Source: Phoronis australis (taxonomy: Eukaryota; Animalia; Phoronida). Taken from it: a DNA stretch of 64,000 nucleotides. The translations under genes were made by a program, and so were the position numbers. This document shows positions 26,159 to 39,340 of this stretch, piece after piece. Every line of letters begins with the position of its first letter. The stretch's first letter is position 1. Where the stretch lies: the NCBI GenBank assembly GCA_002633005.1, contig NMRA01000720.1:1-64000 (forward strand), in the 5' to 3' direction. Under the pieces are notes generated by a model that saw only the letters and a program-made list of their open reading frames with translations, had not been told where the DNA came from and ran no database searches.

Positions 26159-26206
26159 CCAAATCTACGACAACATCTGTGAATACAGCACCTCCTCAAG
26201 ATACAA
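26159..26206 (+). CDS. Stalk microexon A1 (AKSTTTSVNTAPPQDT), 48 nt
   Basis: Acceptor acacag, donor GTAAGC, phase 1-1; paralogous to A2-A4. Confidence 0.8.
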
Positions 26207-26207
26207 G

Positions 26208-26532
26208 TAAGCTTAAATTAAAGTTTAAATCTGTCATTATCTCTCTCGTCTTAGTTAGTGCTAAGCTTGAATTGAAGTTTAAATCCGTCACATCTCTCTC
26301 GTCTTGGTTAGTGCTAAGCTTGAATTGAAGTTTAAATCCGTCATATCGCTCTCGTCTTGGTTAGTGCTAAGCTTGAATTGAAGTTTAAATCCGTCACATC
26401 TCTCTCGTCTTAGTTAGTGCTAAGCTTGAATTGAAGTTTAAATCCGTCACATCTCTCTCGTCTTAGTTAGTGCTAAGCTTGAATTGAAGTTTAAATCCGT
26501 CATATCTCTCTCGTCTTGGTTAGTGCTAAGCT
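26208..26532. repeat. 53-bp tandem repeat, 6 copies, starting inside the A1 donor
   Basis: Unit taagcttgaattgaagtttaaatccgtcacatctctctcgtcttagttagtgc. Confidence 0.93.
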
Positions 26533-27217
26533 GAGTTAAAGACCTAACACGAGAATAAATGAAAATTTATTGACAATTTCAGAGGAGGGTCCGTATAGGT
26601 GTTGACCAAGACGAGTGGGGTGTTCTCACAGTTTTGACATGTTTTCAGTAGCAATGACCTAAGTTGTGAAATTCGGATTTTTTCTTTAATATTTCGGGCT
26701 TACTGCGTCATTTGCGATGGTACCATCTGGTGACGCAAATTCGACTTTGCGATATATCAATTGCTGTGAATGTTCAGCTTTCCAACCGAGTTAGAGTGTT
26801 TGTGTCGGATGATGTTTTAGTTTGCTTTGTTACCTAAAAATACGAATTCCATGAGGGAAGCATGTGAATGCTGTCACTGAGAAGTTCACTTTATTGATCT
26901 TTAAAAATATTTCACGACGGGCACTTCTGGTAATTAAGTACATTGCAAAATTTCTTTAGCAATTCTTCCTGAAATAAATATGACGCTGCAAGCATTTGCT
27001 GAAAATTTCGTGGAACAAGGTACGGTTTGATAAATTTTGATCGCCTGTCCGTGTCTACAAATTGAAGTTGAAGAACGTGCTTCAGTTGTGGAGAGAAAGG
27101 TCATAGCCTCTTTTACACGTAAGCTGCACTGTCTACGTGACGACTAAATCGAAGTGTCCATGTTTTGACTCAGACTTCTCCATATGCTGAACCGTTTAAA
27201 GGATGGCTATTGAATTC

Positions 27218-27471
27218 CATGCGCGCGCCCACGGGGGGGCTCGGGGGGCTCGAAAGAGCCCCCCATCATTTATTTGGCCAAGTGGGCAAAAAGGTTCGCT
27301 TCTGAGAAACAAAAAGTCCGAGAAAATGAGACAAAAGTCCACTAAATAAGCACAAACGCGCAATTCCCAGTGGCGCCCCCATTTTTTTTAGTCCACCCGC
27401 TTTTTTGTTACCAAAAGGTCCACAACGTCAGGAATTCGATCCCCGCATATTGAAGACTGGGTGCGCGCATG
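27218..27471. mobile_element. MITE with 5-bp target-site duplication AATTC (hAT5-like, family uncertain)
   Basis: TIR catgcgcgc.ccca / tgggtgcgcgcatg, flanked by aattc on both sides. Confidence 0.6.
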
Positions 27472-27949
27472 AATTCTACATATCTTATCACGGAAAGGCC
27501 ATAGATGACTTTCAAATTGATTTTCCGATTTATATCCGATGACGATCGTGTTCCACTGTGCTAGTGTAGATTTCATGTGTGAGGTGTCTGATATCTGTCC
27601 GTTTCTCAATTATTTTTTGTGAAATTTGGCGTATCGAAAGGCACGTGCATTTGGATATACTGAATGTATGCTGAGTGAGTGACTATAACTGCATTTCTAT
27701 GCGCCCACGTGTACATGTCACATGTGGGTGCATTATGTCATCATCTCCGCCCATCTGGCTGATGACGGGGATCTGCTACGTACATGTATCTCTGACACCC
27801 GTTCATGGTTGTTTTGAATATTTTCTAAATATGAGTCTTTCATTGATTGGATGGCACGAGTACACAGATTTGAACTTTTAACTATGTTATCTATCGCAGA
27901 CTTATATGTGGACGCATTATGCCGTCATCTCCGGCCGTACGCCTGGCCG

Positions 27950-29330
27950 GCGTCCGTCCCACGTCCGGCGTCCTCTGCTCTTTCTCCAAAACCCTTTGAT
28001 GTATGTTCATGAAATTTTAAACATTTCTTCCCTTTATAGATGAGACGACACAAGCAAAGTTTCGGAGGGATCCGAGGGTCATTGTGACCCTAGGGGCTAA
28101 TTTAGTTTTTACGTTTACCTCTGTATTTTCAAAGGTCTCCAAAGGATTTATATAAAATTCGGCATAGTCGTGAGATAGCACTATCATCTCGTTTTGGCAC
28201 GATTTGAGGTATACTGCGCCACCTAGTGGTCATTTTTACTGTTCTTGAGTCTGTTTCAGGTGTCTGCCCCTCTGTCAAACAAACTAATCTAAGAATGATT
28301 GTGAAATTTAGCATTCATGTTTTTACAGTGAAAAGGAGTTGCCAACGGACGACGGAAGACAATTTTGGACGTATCTGAATACCGTTGTGCCCCCTAGTGG
28401 CAAGCCCCCTAGTGGCAATTTTACTTTTTCACGTTAACCAGTGTATATTCAAGGTCCTCAACGTATTTTTATAGAATTTGGAATATGGGCATGTATTGGT
28501 GAGATGACGCTATCCTTACGTTTTCGGATGGATTGGGGGTATTTTGCATCCCCTAGTGGCCATTATTTGTTGTTTCGAGTCTTGTTTTTGGCGTTTGTCC
28601 CTTTCATGGATGGTTGTGAAAATTGGCATGTAGGTTCTTGGTGTGACAAGGACGGTTGTAGTACCTCCTAATGGCAATAGTTGTACATGTATCTCCTAAA
28701 CCCAGTGCAAGATTTTTATTAAATTTAGCTGTTGTATTCATACATGTATGAAGTTGACAAAGGGAACGACAATTTTCTGATGGATCCGATGAATGCCGTG
28801 CCCCTAGTGGCAATTTCATTTTTTGTTCCATTTTCTTTCGTTTTTCTGAAGTTCCTTTGCCGATTTTTATGAAATGTAATAAATAGCTTTCTATTAAAAA
28901 GATTACACGGTCTCGTTTTCAGATGGATTCGATGTATTTTGCGCCATGTAGTGGCAATTTTTACTGTTTTCTAGTCAGGTTTTGGCGTCCGCCTCTCTAT
29001 CAACAAAATTATTCCAGTGGTGATTGTGAAAATTGGGACTATGTTCTTTGTGTGACATGGACGGTTAACGATGATTTTCCGACGAGTTTGACTGCGTTGG
29101 AACCACCTGGTGGCAGTTTTTGCGCTAGTATCTCCTAAGCCTATTGTAGGATCTTTATTAAATTTAGCACTTGTATTTACAAGAAGTTGACAACGGACGA
29201 GGACGACTTTTAGACAAATCCGTGAAATGCTGTGCCCCAGTGGCAATTTCAATTTTCCGTTTTCCTTTATTTCTCAGAAGTTCCTTGACAGATTCCTATA
29301 AAATTTGTAAAATAGCCTTCTATTAAAGAA
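27950..29330. repeat. Diverged ~130-140 bp internal-repeat element carrying repeated CCMCCTAGTGG motifs
   Basis: About 8 same-orientation motif copies between 28216 and 29245 in similar flanking contexts. Confidence 0.55.
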
Positions 29331-29689
29331 ACGCTGCGAGTGAATCAAACAGGCTGTCCCTCCAGTCAAGATTGGTGTACAGAGATTAGACGCGCGGCTC
29401 TAGGCCGCTCTAACTACATTATGATAAAATAGGTTTGCCCATTCCAAAATGTGGCGAATGCCAAATATTGGAAACAACATTTTACGTCAGATCTTTCAAT
29501 TAGTTACAAACTTTTTAATTTCCAATTTAGACTAAGTAGACATCTCTTTGTGACGTAACTGTACTGACAGTAACATTTTATTTTTTCACGCACGAACTCT
29601 CTCTTATACATGTAGCTATCAATACTTTTGGAAAAAACAAAATTATGAAAATAACAATATTATGAAAATGACAAAATTATGATTTACAG

Positions 29690-29707
29690 GAGCTTTAGGT
29701 GGTGGAG
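29690..29707 (+). CDS. Stalk microexon B1 (xALGGG), 18 nt
   Basis: tatgatttacag|...GGTGGAG|GTATG. Same acceptor and donor context as the 36-nt B exons; phase 1-1. Confidence 0.6.
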
Positions 29708-29830
29708 GTATGGCAATTTTCTGCAGTTTTAAGTCAACTTCGTTCACTCAGTTGCTTGAAGACGGTTTGTGAATTGAAGGGAAGAATGATGTACTTAGCC
29801 ACATATTTTTTACTCTGCCACACACAAACG

Positions 29831-29864
<34 letters not shown>

Positions 29865-30062
29865 AATACATGTACACACACATGGTTGCATATTGTCATT
29901 ACGCTGTACCGTTGTTAGGTTTCCCGGGTGTCCGCTTGATATTTCAAGATCACTTCATTGATTTTGTTGAATTTTGGCTCAAGAGTGTAGGGTATCACTA
30001 CGGACAGACCCTCACCTATAAATACATGAACTATTATGAAAAGAGTATATTATGATTAACAG

Positions 30063-30098
30063 GTACCATTGTGACAACTAGAACTGTAGACCGTGGAG
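30063..30098 (+). CDS. Stalk microexon B2 (GTIVTTRTVDRG), 36 nt
   Basis: tgattaacag / GTATGT; phase 1-1. Confidence 0.75.
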
Positions 30099-30162
30099 GT
30101 ATGTCAATGTTTTCTTCACTTTACAATTCATTTTGTTCAGCATTTTTGTAGATAAAGCATTA

Positions 30163-30691
30163 GGGCGTTTTCCCGTTCAGTGACTTTAGCAGACATAGGG
30201 CAGCTGTGAGCGTGTGATAACATCTAGCTATTTGTTAACTGCTGAGCACAGTCTTTTGTCTGGTATGACGATACATAACAGAACAAGTGTGAACACAGTC
30301 AAACCCTTTGCAAATTGTACGTTAGGAAAGAATAGATTGGCTTAACTTCGGTTGCAGTTGAGCGATTTCGGTGATTTAAAAACTTAACATTATCAGCATT
30401 TGACGTGGAATTCAGATGTGGTATTGGTTTATGTTCAAATATGTTATAACTTAACTTTTGCTTTTAGCAGAACAGCCCAGTGAGGCTAGATACGATCTTA
30501 ACGGAGATAGCAATAATCGAGCACAGTTTTTTGTCTGGTATGACGATATATAACAAAACTGGCCCTCCATCCATAAATGCCAGAATGGAGTTAGTCAGTC
30601 GTGTAAGATACTGGCTACAGGGGTCATCTTCCCAACTTGATGTTGGGCTATACAGTTGAACAAGTTTGCTGGGCTCAACGGGAAAACGCCG
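30163..30691. mobile_element. MITE, TA-flanked, TIR ggcgttttcccgtt
   Basis: TIR pair at both ends; reverse-orientation relative at 44685-45167. Confidence 0.75.
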
Positions 30692-31500
30692 TAATCTGTC
30701 GATTTCACGACAAGTATTAACGGCGTACTTACTTTTATCAAAGCAATTCGGGTTGTCCTATGGATAACAACATGCATTTATGTAAGATATTGAAGATGTC
30801 ACAGGTGTCTTCAAATTTACCGAAGCTGGAGCATATATTTATGATCGACATATGTCCCGAATATGGATAAATGATACGTGCGTCACAAGCTCGTTACCAA
30901 ACCGATGTAGGCGATATAAGGACATTTATTATGACGAATAGAATTACAAGTAAATATAGTGAATACAGATAATAACTGCTGGGACTGGTCGATGTAATGA
31001 GTTTACAGTTTGCCACGTCGAGTTTGGGGGAAAAAGCGCCAAGTTGAAAAATAGACGTGCCAAGCTTAAAAACGTTGGCTGGCTGGCACTAACATAATTT
31101 TATGGTGACAGCTAGTAGTATGCGTCACTGAGTGACGAAGATACTTTGCTATGCTAACCTTATAATTGTGAATGTAAACCCATAAATGTGACAATTGGGA
31201 TATGTTATAGGCCTGAAGTGGCCCCGGTGACGGCACCTGTCGTTGTTGACGTCATATACTGTCACACTAATGATATCACATGTGGTTTCTCAGAGACAGC
31301 CTGATCAGTTTTGAATAGGCTGTTTGGTGTATTGGCTACGAATCGTGTAGCCTGCATATCAGGGTTGGGCCGTCCAGGCGGTATAACTTCAAGTATGACA
31401 ATAGATGTCACACCAGTCAACTACCCTGTATCCCTGTGATGGGATCTTGTCAGTTTCATTGTCTTTAACATTTCATTTTCTGTTTTCTTATATGAAACAG

Positions 31501-31542
31501 CAGAATCTGCGACTGTGAATACAGCACCTCCTCAGGACACGA
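31501..31542 (+). CDS. Stalk microexon A2 (AESATVNTAPPQDT), 42 nt
   Basis: aaacag|CAG tandem acceptor and donor GTAAGC; 6-nt in-frame deletion relative to A1. Confidence 0.75.
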
Positions 31543-32616
31543 GTAAGCTTAAACCGAACTTTAATTGTATCATGTCTCTCTCGTCTGGGTTGGTGGTTAG
31601 CTCAGTTACAAAAGTAACACAACGTTGAATGAATTTGTTGACAATTTTTGGGGAGGTGGTTAAGCCGAAGAAGGGCATTAACGAAGACGAGAAGGGTTTA
31701 CTCACAGTGTTGATATGTTTCCAGCGGCAAGTCCCAGTATGAGTAATTCTAACTTCTATCTCCAATCGATCATGGTTTAAGTCATTTGTGATGTTGCCCT
31801 CTGGTAAAGCGAATTCGATTTTGCGATACATCTCTTGAAGAATTATAAATTGCTGTCAATATCCAGGTTTCTAATCAATCAAATGTTTTCAGCAAAAATG
31901 CAAGTGTCACATGTTTGCGTCATATTGCTTTGATACGTAAAAGACGAACTCGATCAAGAGAGATTGAAAATGCTGTGAAGAGTTCATTTCATTTACAATT
32001 ACACTACGACATTTACAATTACACTACGACATTTACAATTACACTACGACATTTACAATTACACTACGACATTTACCACCTGTTGAATGTGTCTTATGCC
32101 TCCTGAAGTACAGCATAACGTCGTCAACATTTTCTCTTGCATGCGCCTAAAGTTTCCATCGCCTGTTTCTGCCCTTGAATTAAATTTGAAAGATGAACTT
32201 CAGTTGAGCAGAAGGCATTAGTTCTGCCAATTTCCTTGATTGATCTACTTGCACACTGCTCCATGTTTTTCAGTTGATGAGAATACACCAGAAATCCGTT
32301 TTTGAACGGGACTAATTGTTGTTTTGCTTACAGGATTCTGATGTAATTGCACAGATGTGTTTTTGTTAAATGCTATATTCATAAGTTCCAAACAATAACT
32401 CAATGCTGTGCTTGGTTACTCATCTGTCAACTTCCCTACACAGACTGTTCTGGAGGTTGACGAATTGTTTTTCCGTGTCCGTCTCCACACACCACACACG
32501 CACACATACACGCACACATGGTCGCGTAATCATATTGTTGGGTGGTTACTAACGGGTGGTCTGCGTGTCGGTATGATATTTCAAAACCCGTTCTCGGATT
32601 TTGATGAATTTTGGAA

Positions 32617-32889
32617 NNNNNNNNNNNNNNNNNNNNNNNNNNNNNNNNNNNNNNNNNNNNNNNNNNNNNNNNNNNNNNNNNNNNNNNNNNNNNNNNNNNN
32701 NNNNNNNNNNNNNNNNNNNNNNNNNNNNNNNNNNNNNNNNNNNNNNNNNNNNNNNNNNNNNNNNNNNNNNNNNNNNNNNNNNNNNNNNNNNNNNNNNNNN
32801 NNNNNNNNNNNNNNNNNNNNNNNNNNNNNNNNNNNNNNNNNNNNNNNNNNNNNNNNNNNNNNNNNNNNNNNNNNNNNNNNNNNNNNNNN
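32617..32889. other. Assembly gap (N run)
   Basis: Run of N. Confidence 1.
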
Positions 32890-33274
32890 CGCTCTCTACA
32901 CTTATCGTTACAATGACCTAGGGAATGACAATTTGAGACGATGGCACACTGCATGTATAATCTATGAACACAAAGTTATTCAGTGTATATGGGCCTGACG
33001 TGGCCGCGGCAACAGCGTCACTGGAGGTTGATGTCGTGTACTGTCACACTATTGATATCAATCATGGTCTCTCATGGATAGCCAACCAGTTTGAAATCAT
33101 GTGTTTTGTGTAATAGCTCTGACTGATGTTGTAGACTGCATATCAGGCGTCGGACCATCCAGACGACATAACTCCCATTAAAACAATAGATGCAACAACA
33201 ATCCCCTCTCATGAGGAGGGATCTTGTCAGTTTAACTTTGCTGGCATATCATTGCATGTTTTATATGTATACAG

Positions 33275-33322
33275 CCAAATCTACGACTCGATCTGTGAAT
33301 ACAGCACCTCCTCAAGATACAA
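33275..33322 (+). CDS. Stalk microexon A3 (xKSTTRSVNTAPPQDT), 48 nt
   Basis: atacag / GTAAGC; phase 1-1. Confidence 0.75.
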
Positions 33323-33471
33323 GTAAGCTTGCATTGAAGTTTAATTGCATCGCATTGCTCTCGTCTGGGTTAGTGCTACGCTGAATTACAAAGCACTCCA
33401 ATGGAGGAGGCTTTTGAAAATTTGTGGGGAGGGAGTTAGCTGAAGGTGAGCATTAACCAAGACGAGTAGGT

Positions 33472-33622
33472 AATATTCATATTGTTGTCGTGTTTACAAT
33501 ATTCATATTGTTGTCGTGTTTACAATATTCATATTGTTGTCGTGTTTACAATATTCATATTGTTGTCGTGTTTACAGTATTGATATTGTTGTCGTGTTTA
33601 CAATATTCATATTGTTGTCGTA
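33472..33622. repeat. 26-bp minisatellite (caatattcatattgttgtcgtgttta); a larger paralogous array lies at 37430-37814
   Basis: Direct inspection. Confidence 0.9.
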
Positions 33623-34564
33623 TTTCCACTGGCAATTCCTATTATGAGAAGTGTTGATGCCTTTTTTGATTTTTTAAAATGATTTAAAAGGCATTTGTTA
33701 TGCTCTGTTGTAAAGCAAAATCGATTTTGCGACACATCTCTTGATGAACTCATATTGCTGTCAATGTTCAGGTTTCGAATCAATCTAAAGTGATTGCGAC
33801 GAATTCGATCAAGGAAGAATGACGATGCTGTGAAGAGTTCGTTTCATTTACCGTTACACTACGATATTTACTACCTGTTGAATACAGTATGTCTAATGCC
33901 TCCTGAAGAACAACATAGTATTGTCAACATTTATTCAACAATCTCTTGCCTGCCCCTGAAGTACAACATAACGCCGTCAACATTTATTCAGCAATCTCTT
34001 GCGTGACCCTGAAGTTTCCATCGCCTGTTTCTGCCCTTGAATTAAATTTGAAAGATGAAATTCAGTTGAGCAGAAGGCATTAGTTTTGCCAATTTCCTTG
34101 ATTAATCTACTTCAACGCTGCTCGATGTTTTTCAGTTGATGAGAATACACCAGAAATCCGTTTTTGAATGGGACTAATTGTTGTTTTGCTTACAGGATTC
34201 TGATGTAATTGCACAGATGTGTTTTTGTTAATTGTTATATTCATAACTTCCAAACAATAACTCAATGCTGTGCTTGGTTACTCATATGTCAACTTCCTTA
34301 CACAGACTGTTTTGGAGGCTGATGAATTGTTTTTCCGTGTCCGTCTCCACACAACACACACGCACACATACACACACACACATGGTCGCATAATGTTATC
34401 ATATTGTTGGGCGGTTACTAACGGGTGGTCTGCATGTCTGCATGATATTTCAAAACCTGTTCTCGGATTTTGATGAATTTTGGAATAAGAGTGTAGGATA
34501 TCACTTCGCAACGACTTTTACTTATAGATGTGAATATTTAAGGAAGGTATATTATGATTTACAG

Positions 34565-34600
34565 GTACCATTAAGCCAACTGGAACTGTAGACCGTGGAG
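34565..34600 (+). CDS. Stalk microexon B3 (xTIKPTGTVDRG), 36 nt
   Basis: tgatttacag / GTAGGC; phase 1-1. Confidence 0.75.
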
Positions 34601-35733
34601 GTAGGCCCTATGTCATTGTTTTCTCCACTTTACAATTAGTAATGTTTGCTAATGAGATTTGTGTTGAGAATTTTGTGATAGACAATATGTCACTTTCACA
34701 ACAAGCATTTACAGAAAACTTTTATTAACGAAATTCCGTGTATTCTATGGATAACAACCGGTATATACTGTATGAAAGGTGGGACGCATTGCTTTAGGCA
34801 CGTTTAAACTATTGGATATTTTACAACACTTGCGGTCAAAAACGAGCATTACTGCAATTCTGCTGTTATGCACCGTGCTGTTGAGAGCACCCACGTGCTC
34901 GTATCATTTCTGCCTTAACGTTTATACCTAGTGTTGACCACAACACACCATGACATCTCAATTAAATGACAATCACTAGCACCGGCTTTTTGTACTTTCT
35001 CGTCTCCTGAGACACGCAGATACAAGACTAATATCTATCTTTATTGAACTTTTGCCACTAGTTTTCAAGATAATACGGTATTCGTGAATGTTAAAGAGAG
35101 ATTATTATTCATTCCTTACGCCTGACACTAGGTGGCAGTGTTCTTTTATTGTTAGTGCTTGAAGGCTCTTCATGAGATTGAGATGCATTTCTATTAAACA
35201 TATTCACCACTTTCTAAAAATACTCAAGTTGTGCTTGGTTGCAAATATTGCAAAGTCCAATGTGGTGTTCTGAGAACTTGTTTATGAAAAAGTTGAACAC
35301 GTTTCCATTTTGTTCGATCGTCATTTCTTCTGAACTTTTTCCGAGCCGTGGATTAGTTTCTGCATAGCGTACTTTCACTATCCGCGTGGTGGGGCTGCAA
35401 CTAACTCATGCAGTTTGTGAGCGACCTCTCGAGACTGATGTACAGAGATTAGATTTACGGCTCTTGGCCGATGTAACAACTGAATGTTAAATGAAGTTAT
35501 TCTCATTACAAAATGTGCCGAATATTGGAACCAACATTACACTTCACATCTTTCAGTTTACTACAAGTGTGTCTATTGACAAGTTTTCAAATGTTGACAT
35601 CGCTTTATTGCATAACGGGACGCTCAGTAGACATTTCGCCACTCCACGTTCAGTGAACATTTCGCCATTTTATTTTTTCGCTCCGACTCTTAATTTATAG
35701 ATAAGAATACTGAAGTAAAACTATGATTTACAG

Positions 35734-35769
35734 GTACCATTAATCCAACTGTAACTGTAGACGGTGGAG
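35734..35769 (+). CDS. Stalk microexon B4 (GTINPTVTVDGG), 36 nt
   Basis: tgatttacag / GTATGT; phase 1-1. Confidence 0.75.
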
Positions 35770-36329
35770 GTATGTCAATGTTTTCTTCAATTTAATACTC
35801 TTTTTGTTCACTGGTGAGATTAGAGTTCGGAATTTTGAAATATACAATACGACAGCTACGTAATTTTCCTAGTAACGGAATTCGAGTTGTTCAAAACTGC
35901 AAGTTTGCTTTTACGACTTCTTTTTTCCGGATTAGTTAATCCCTGAACTTCATTTATAAAAGCAGACTTAATATAATATAATATAAAACATTTGTTCAAT
36001 TACACCACATTTTTGGATTTTTAGTTTTAATTTTGAAGAGGGGATTCGTCCATGTTGAATGCGTGATAGACTTACATGTATTCGAAAATTTTTTATGTCA
36101 GGTACACATATCTTAACTTTTACTTGTTATATGAAAAGCAGTGGTAGTCAACCCCTGGATTTCTGTTACATCCACCACATCAGTCGAGGCACTTCTGTCA
36201 TTAATGTGCTGAACTTATTGGTGGATGAGTATTAAATCACTGTCAGGATTCGTATTGAAAAGGTACAGTTATTATTCCGCGATGTCAGTTTGTTGTTATA
36301 GTAACTAAAATAATTGTATGTCTCGTCCA

Positions 36330-36584
36330 GGGGCCCGTTCCAGCAAAAGTGACTTAGACAAGACAAATCTTAAATTTTAGTAAATTTTGGATATAAATTT
36401 CATATACAGTATGTTTCAAAACCGTTTCATGAAAGAGATCTTCAGTTTGACTTAATTTTTTGAAAGATGCTTTATCTTATTATTGACTGTGTTAACCAGG
36501 TATGGAAGTTTCAAATTTGGAAATTATGACAAAACTTAGACTTAAGTAAAAAATGAACTTGATTCAGTTTCTTGAAACGGGCTT
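36330..36584. mobile_element. MITE (Harbinger-like termini)
   Basis: ggggcccgttcca ... tgaaacgggcttc imperfect TIR. Confidence 0.4.
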
Positions 36585-37232
36585 CAGGTCCCTTGTATAT
36601 GCTATGAAATAAAAAACGACAGTGTAAGGATGACGTGATATTATGCTAATGTCGTTGACAATGTCCAATAGATGTCAGCATTGCGACTTCACATACAAAT
36701 TGATAGGTTCAACTTTTTACCGCCTACAAATGCTTGAAAATAAAGGCGGGGATAGATATCAAGTACTAGTTGTGATTTCTACAAATGATTTTTCACCTTG
36801 TTCTACATAGTATCCAGTTGAAGATAACACCGGTCTCTTAGAAATTGAAAGTTAGTAGACGTGTTTTTCGCACTCTACATTTATCGTTAAACCTAGGGAA
36901 TGTCAATTTGAGACGATGGGACACTGCATGTATAATCTATGAACACAAAGTTATTCAGTGTATATGGGCCTGACGTGGCCGTGGCAACAGCGTCACTGGA
37001 GGTTGATGTCGTGTACTGTCACACTATTGATGTCAATCATGGTCTCTCAACCAGTTTGAAATCAGGTGTTTTGTCTAATAGCTCCAACTGATAATGTAGA
37101 CTACATATCAGGCGTCGGACCATCCAGACGACATAACTCCCAAATATAACAATAAAAAATCCCCTCTCATGAGGAGGGATCTTGTCAGTTTAACTGTGCT
37201 GACATATCATTGCATGTTTTATATGTAAACAG

Positions 37233-37280
37233 CCAGATCTACGAGTCGATCTTTGAATACAGCACCTTCTCAAGATACAA
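37233..37280 (+). CDS. Stalk microexon A4 (ARSTSRSLNTAPSQDT), 48 nt
   Basis: aaacag / GTAAGC; phase 1-1. Confidence 0.75.
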
Positions 37281-37814
37281 GTAAGCTTGCATTGAAGTTT
37301 AATTGCATCGTATTGCTCTCGTCTGGGTTAGTGCTACGCTGAATTACAAAGCACTGCAATGGATGAAGCTTTTGAAAATTTGTGGGGAGGGGGTTAGCTG
37401 AAGGTGAGCATTAACCAAGATGAGTAGGAAATATTCATATTGTTGTCGTGTTTACAATATTCATATTGTTGTCGTGTTTACAATATTCATATTGTTGTCG
37501 TGTTTACAACATTCATATTGTCGTTTTTACAACATTCATATTGTTGTCGTGTTTACAACATTCATATTGTTGTCGTGTTTACAACATTCATATTGTTGTC
37601 GTGTTTACAATATTCATATTGTTGTCGTGTTTACAACATTCATATTGTCGTTTTTACAACATTCATATTGTTGTCGTGTTTACAACATTCATATTGTTGT
37701 CGTGTTTACAACATTCATATTGTTGTCGTGTTTACAATATTCATATTGTTGTCGTGTTTACAATATTCATATTGTTGTCGTGTTTACAATATTCATATTG
37801 TTGTCGTGTTTACA

Positions 37815-38532
37815 NNNNNNNNNNNNNNNNNNNNNNNNNNNNNNNNNNNNNNNNNNNNNNNNNNNNNNNNNNNNNNNNNNNNNNNNNNNNNNNNNNNNNN
37901 NNNNNNNNNNNNNNNNNNNNNNNNNNNNNNNNNNNNNNNNNNNNNNNNNNNNNNNNNNNNNNNNNNNNNNNNNNNNNNNNNNNNNNNNNNNNNNNNNNNN
38001 NNNNNNNNNNNNNNNNNNNNNNNNNNNNNNNNNNNNNNNNNNNNNNNNNNNNNNNNNNNNNNNNNNNNNNNNNNNNNNNNNNNNNNNNNNNNNNNNNNNN
38101 NNNNNNNNNNNNNNNNNNNNNNNNNNNNNNNNNNNNNNNNNNNNNNNNNNNNNNNNNNNNNNNNNNNNNNNNNNNNNNNNNNNNNNNNNNNNNNNNNNNN
38201 NNNNNNNNNNNNNNNNNNNNNNNNNNNNNNNNNNNNNNNNNNNNNNNNNNNNNNNNNNNNNNNNNNNNNNNNNNNNNNNNNNNNNNNNNNNNNNNNNNNN
38301 NNNNNNNNNNNNNNNNNNNNNNNNNNNNNNNNNNNNNNNNNNNNNNNNNNNNNNNNNNNNNNNNNNNNNNNNNNNNNNNNNNNNNNNNNNNNNNNNNNNN
38401 NNNNNNNNNNNNNNNNNNNNNNNNNNNNNNNNNNNNNNNNNNNNNNNNNNNNNNNNNNNNNNNNNNNNNNNNNNNNNNNNNNNNNNNNNNNNNNNNNNNN
38501 NNNNNNNNNNNNNNNNNNNNNNNNNNNNNNNN
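37815..38532. other. Assembly gap (N run) next to the 26-bp minisatellite
   Basis: Run of N. Confidence 1.
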
Positions 38533-39340
38533 ACATTTATTCAGCAATCTCTTGCGTGACCCTGAAGTTTCCATCGCCTGTTTCTGCCCTTGAATTAAAT
38601 TTGAAAGATGAACTTCAGTTGAGCAGAAGGCATTAGTTCTGCCAATTTCCTTGATTGATCTACTTGCACACTGCTCCATGTTTTTCAGTTGATGAGAATA
38701 CACCAGAAATCCGTTTTTGAACGGGACTAATTGTTGTTTTGCTTACAGGATTCTGATGTAATTGCACAGATGTGTTTTTGTTAAATGCTATATTCATTAG
38801 TTCCAAACTAAAACTCAGTGCTGCGCTTATTTACCTATATGACAACCTGATGAATTGTTTTTCCTTGGCGCGTCTCTCACCTTCATTTGCACTATATGAA
38901 TAAGGAAGAAAGCTTCAAACGTCACACACGTGTTCTGATGAGGACTTTTATGATCCACTTGAGCACGTCCTGTTACATCATCATTCCTTCGGGACTTTTT
39001 CTGTGCTATGGATTAGTTGCTTAACAGCTTACTTTCAGAATCTACACGATGGCTCTGCGACCATGTCATACAGGGTGTGAGAGGTCAGTCAAACGCTGAT
39101 CTGCGGCACTTGGCCTCTTAAGCTACTGAGTTGCAAACCAAGTTTTTCGCAATCACAAAATGTACTGAATGCCAAATGTTCGAACCAACATTCCGGTTCA
39201 CATCTTTCAGTTGCCAAATTTTTAAAAGAAGACATCTCTTGGCGACACAGGTTTATGCTCAACAAATTTTCGCCGCTTTATTTTATGCACCAACTCTCGG
39301 GTATAGATGTGAATACTGATAGAATAATAATGATTTGCAG

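Noticed and set aside
32890-33050. Possible decayed Ig exon upstream of the A exons (STLIV...DDGT...ATASLEVDV)
   Set aside because: Stops and frameshifts, no consistent splice sites among the copies, and no clear match to exons 3, 5 or 7.
32408-38703. Long ORFs containing X runs
   Set aside because: Artefacts of N gaps and the 26-bp repeat.
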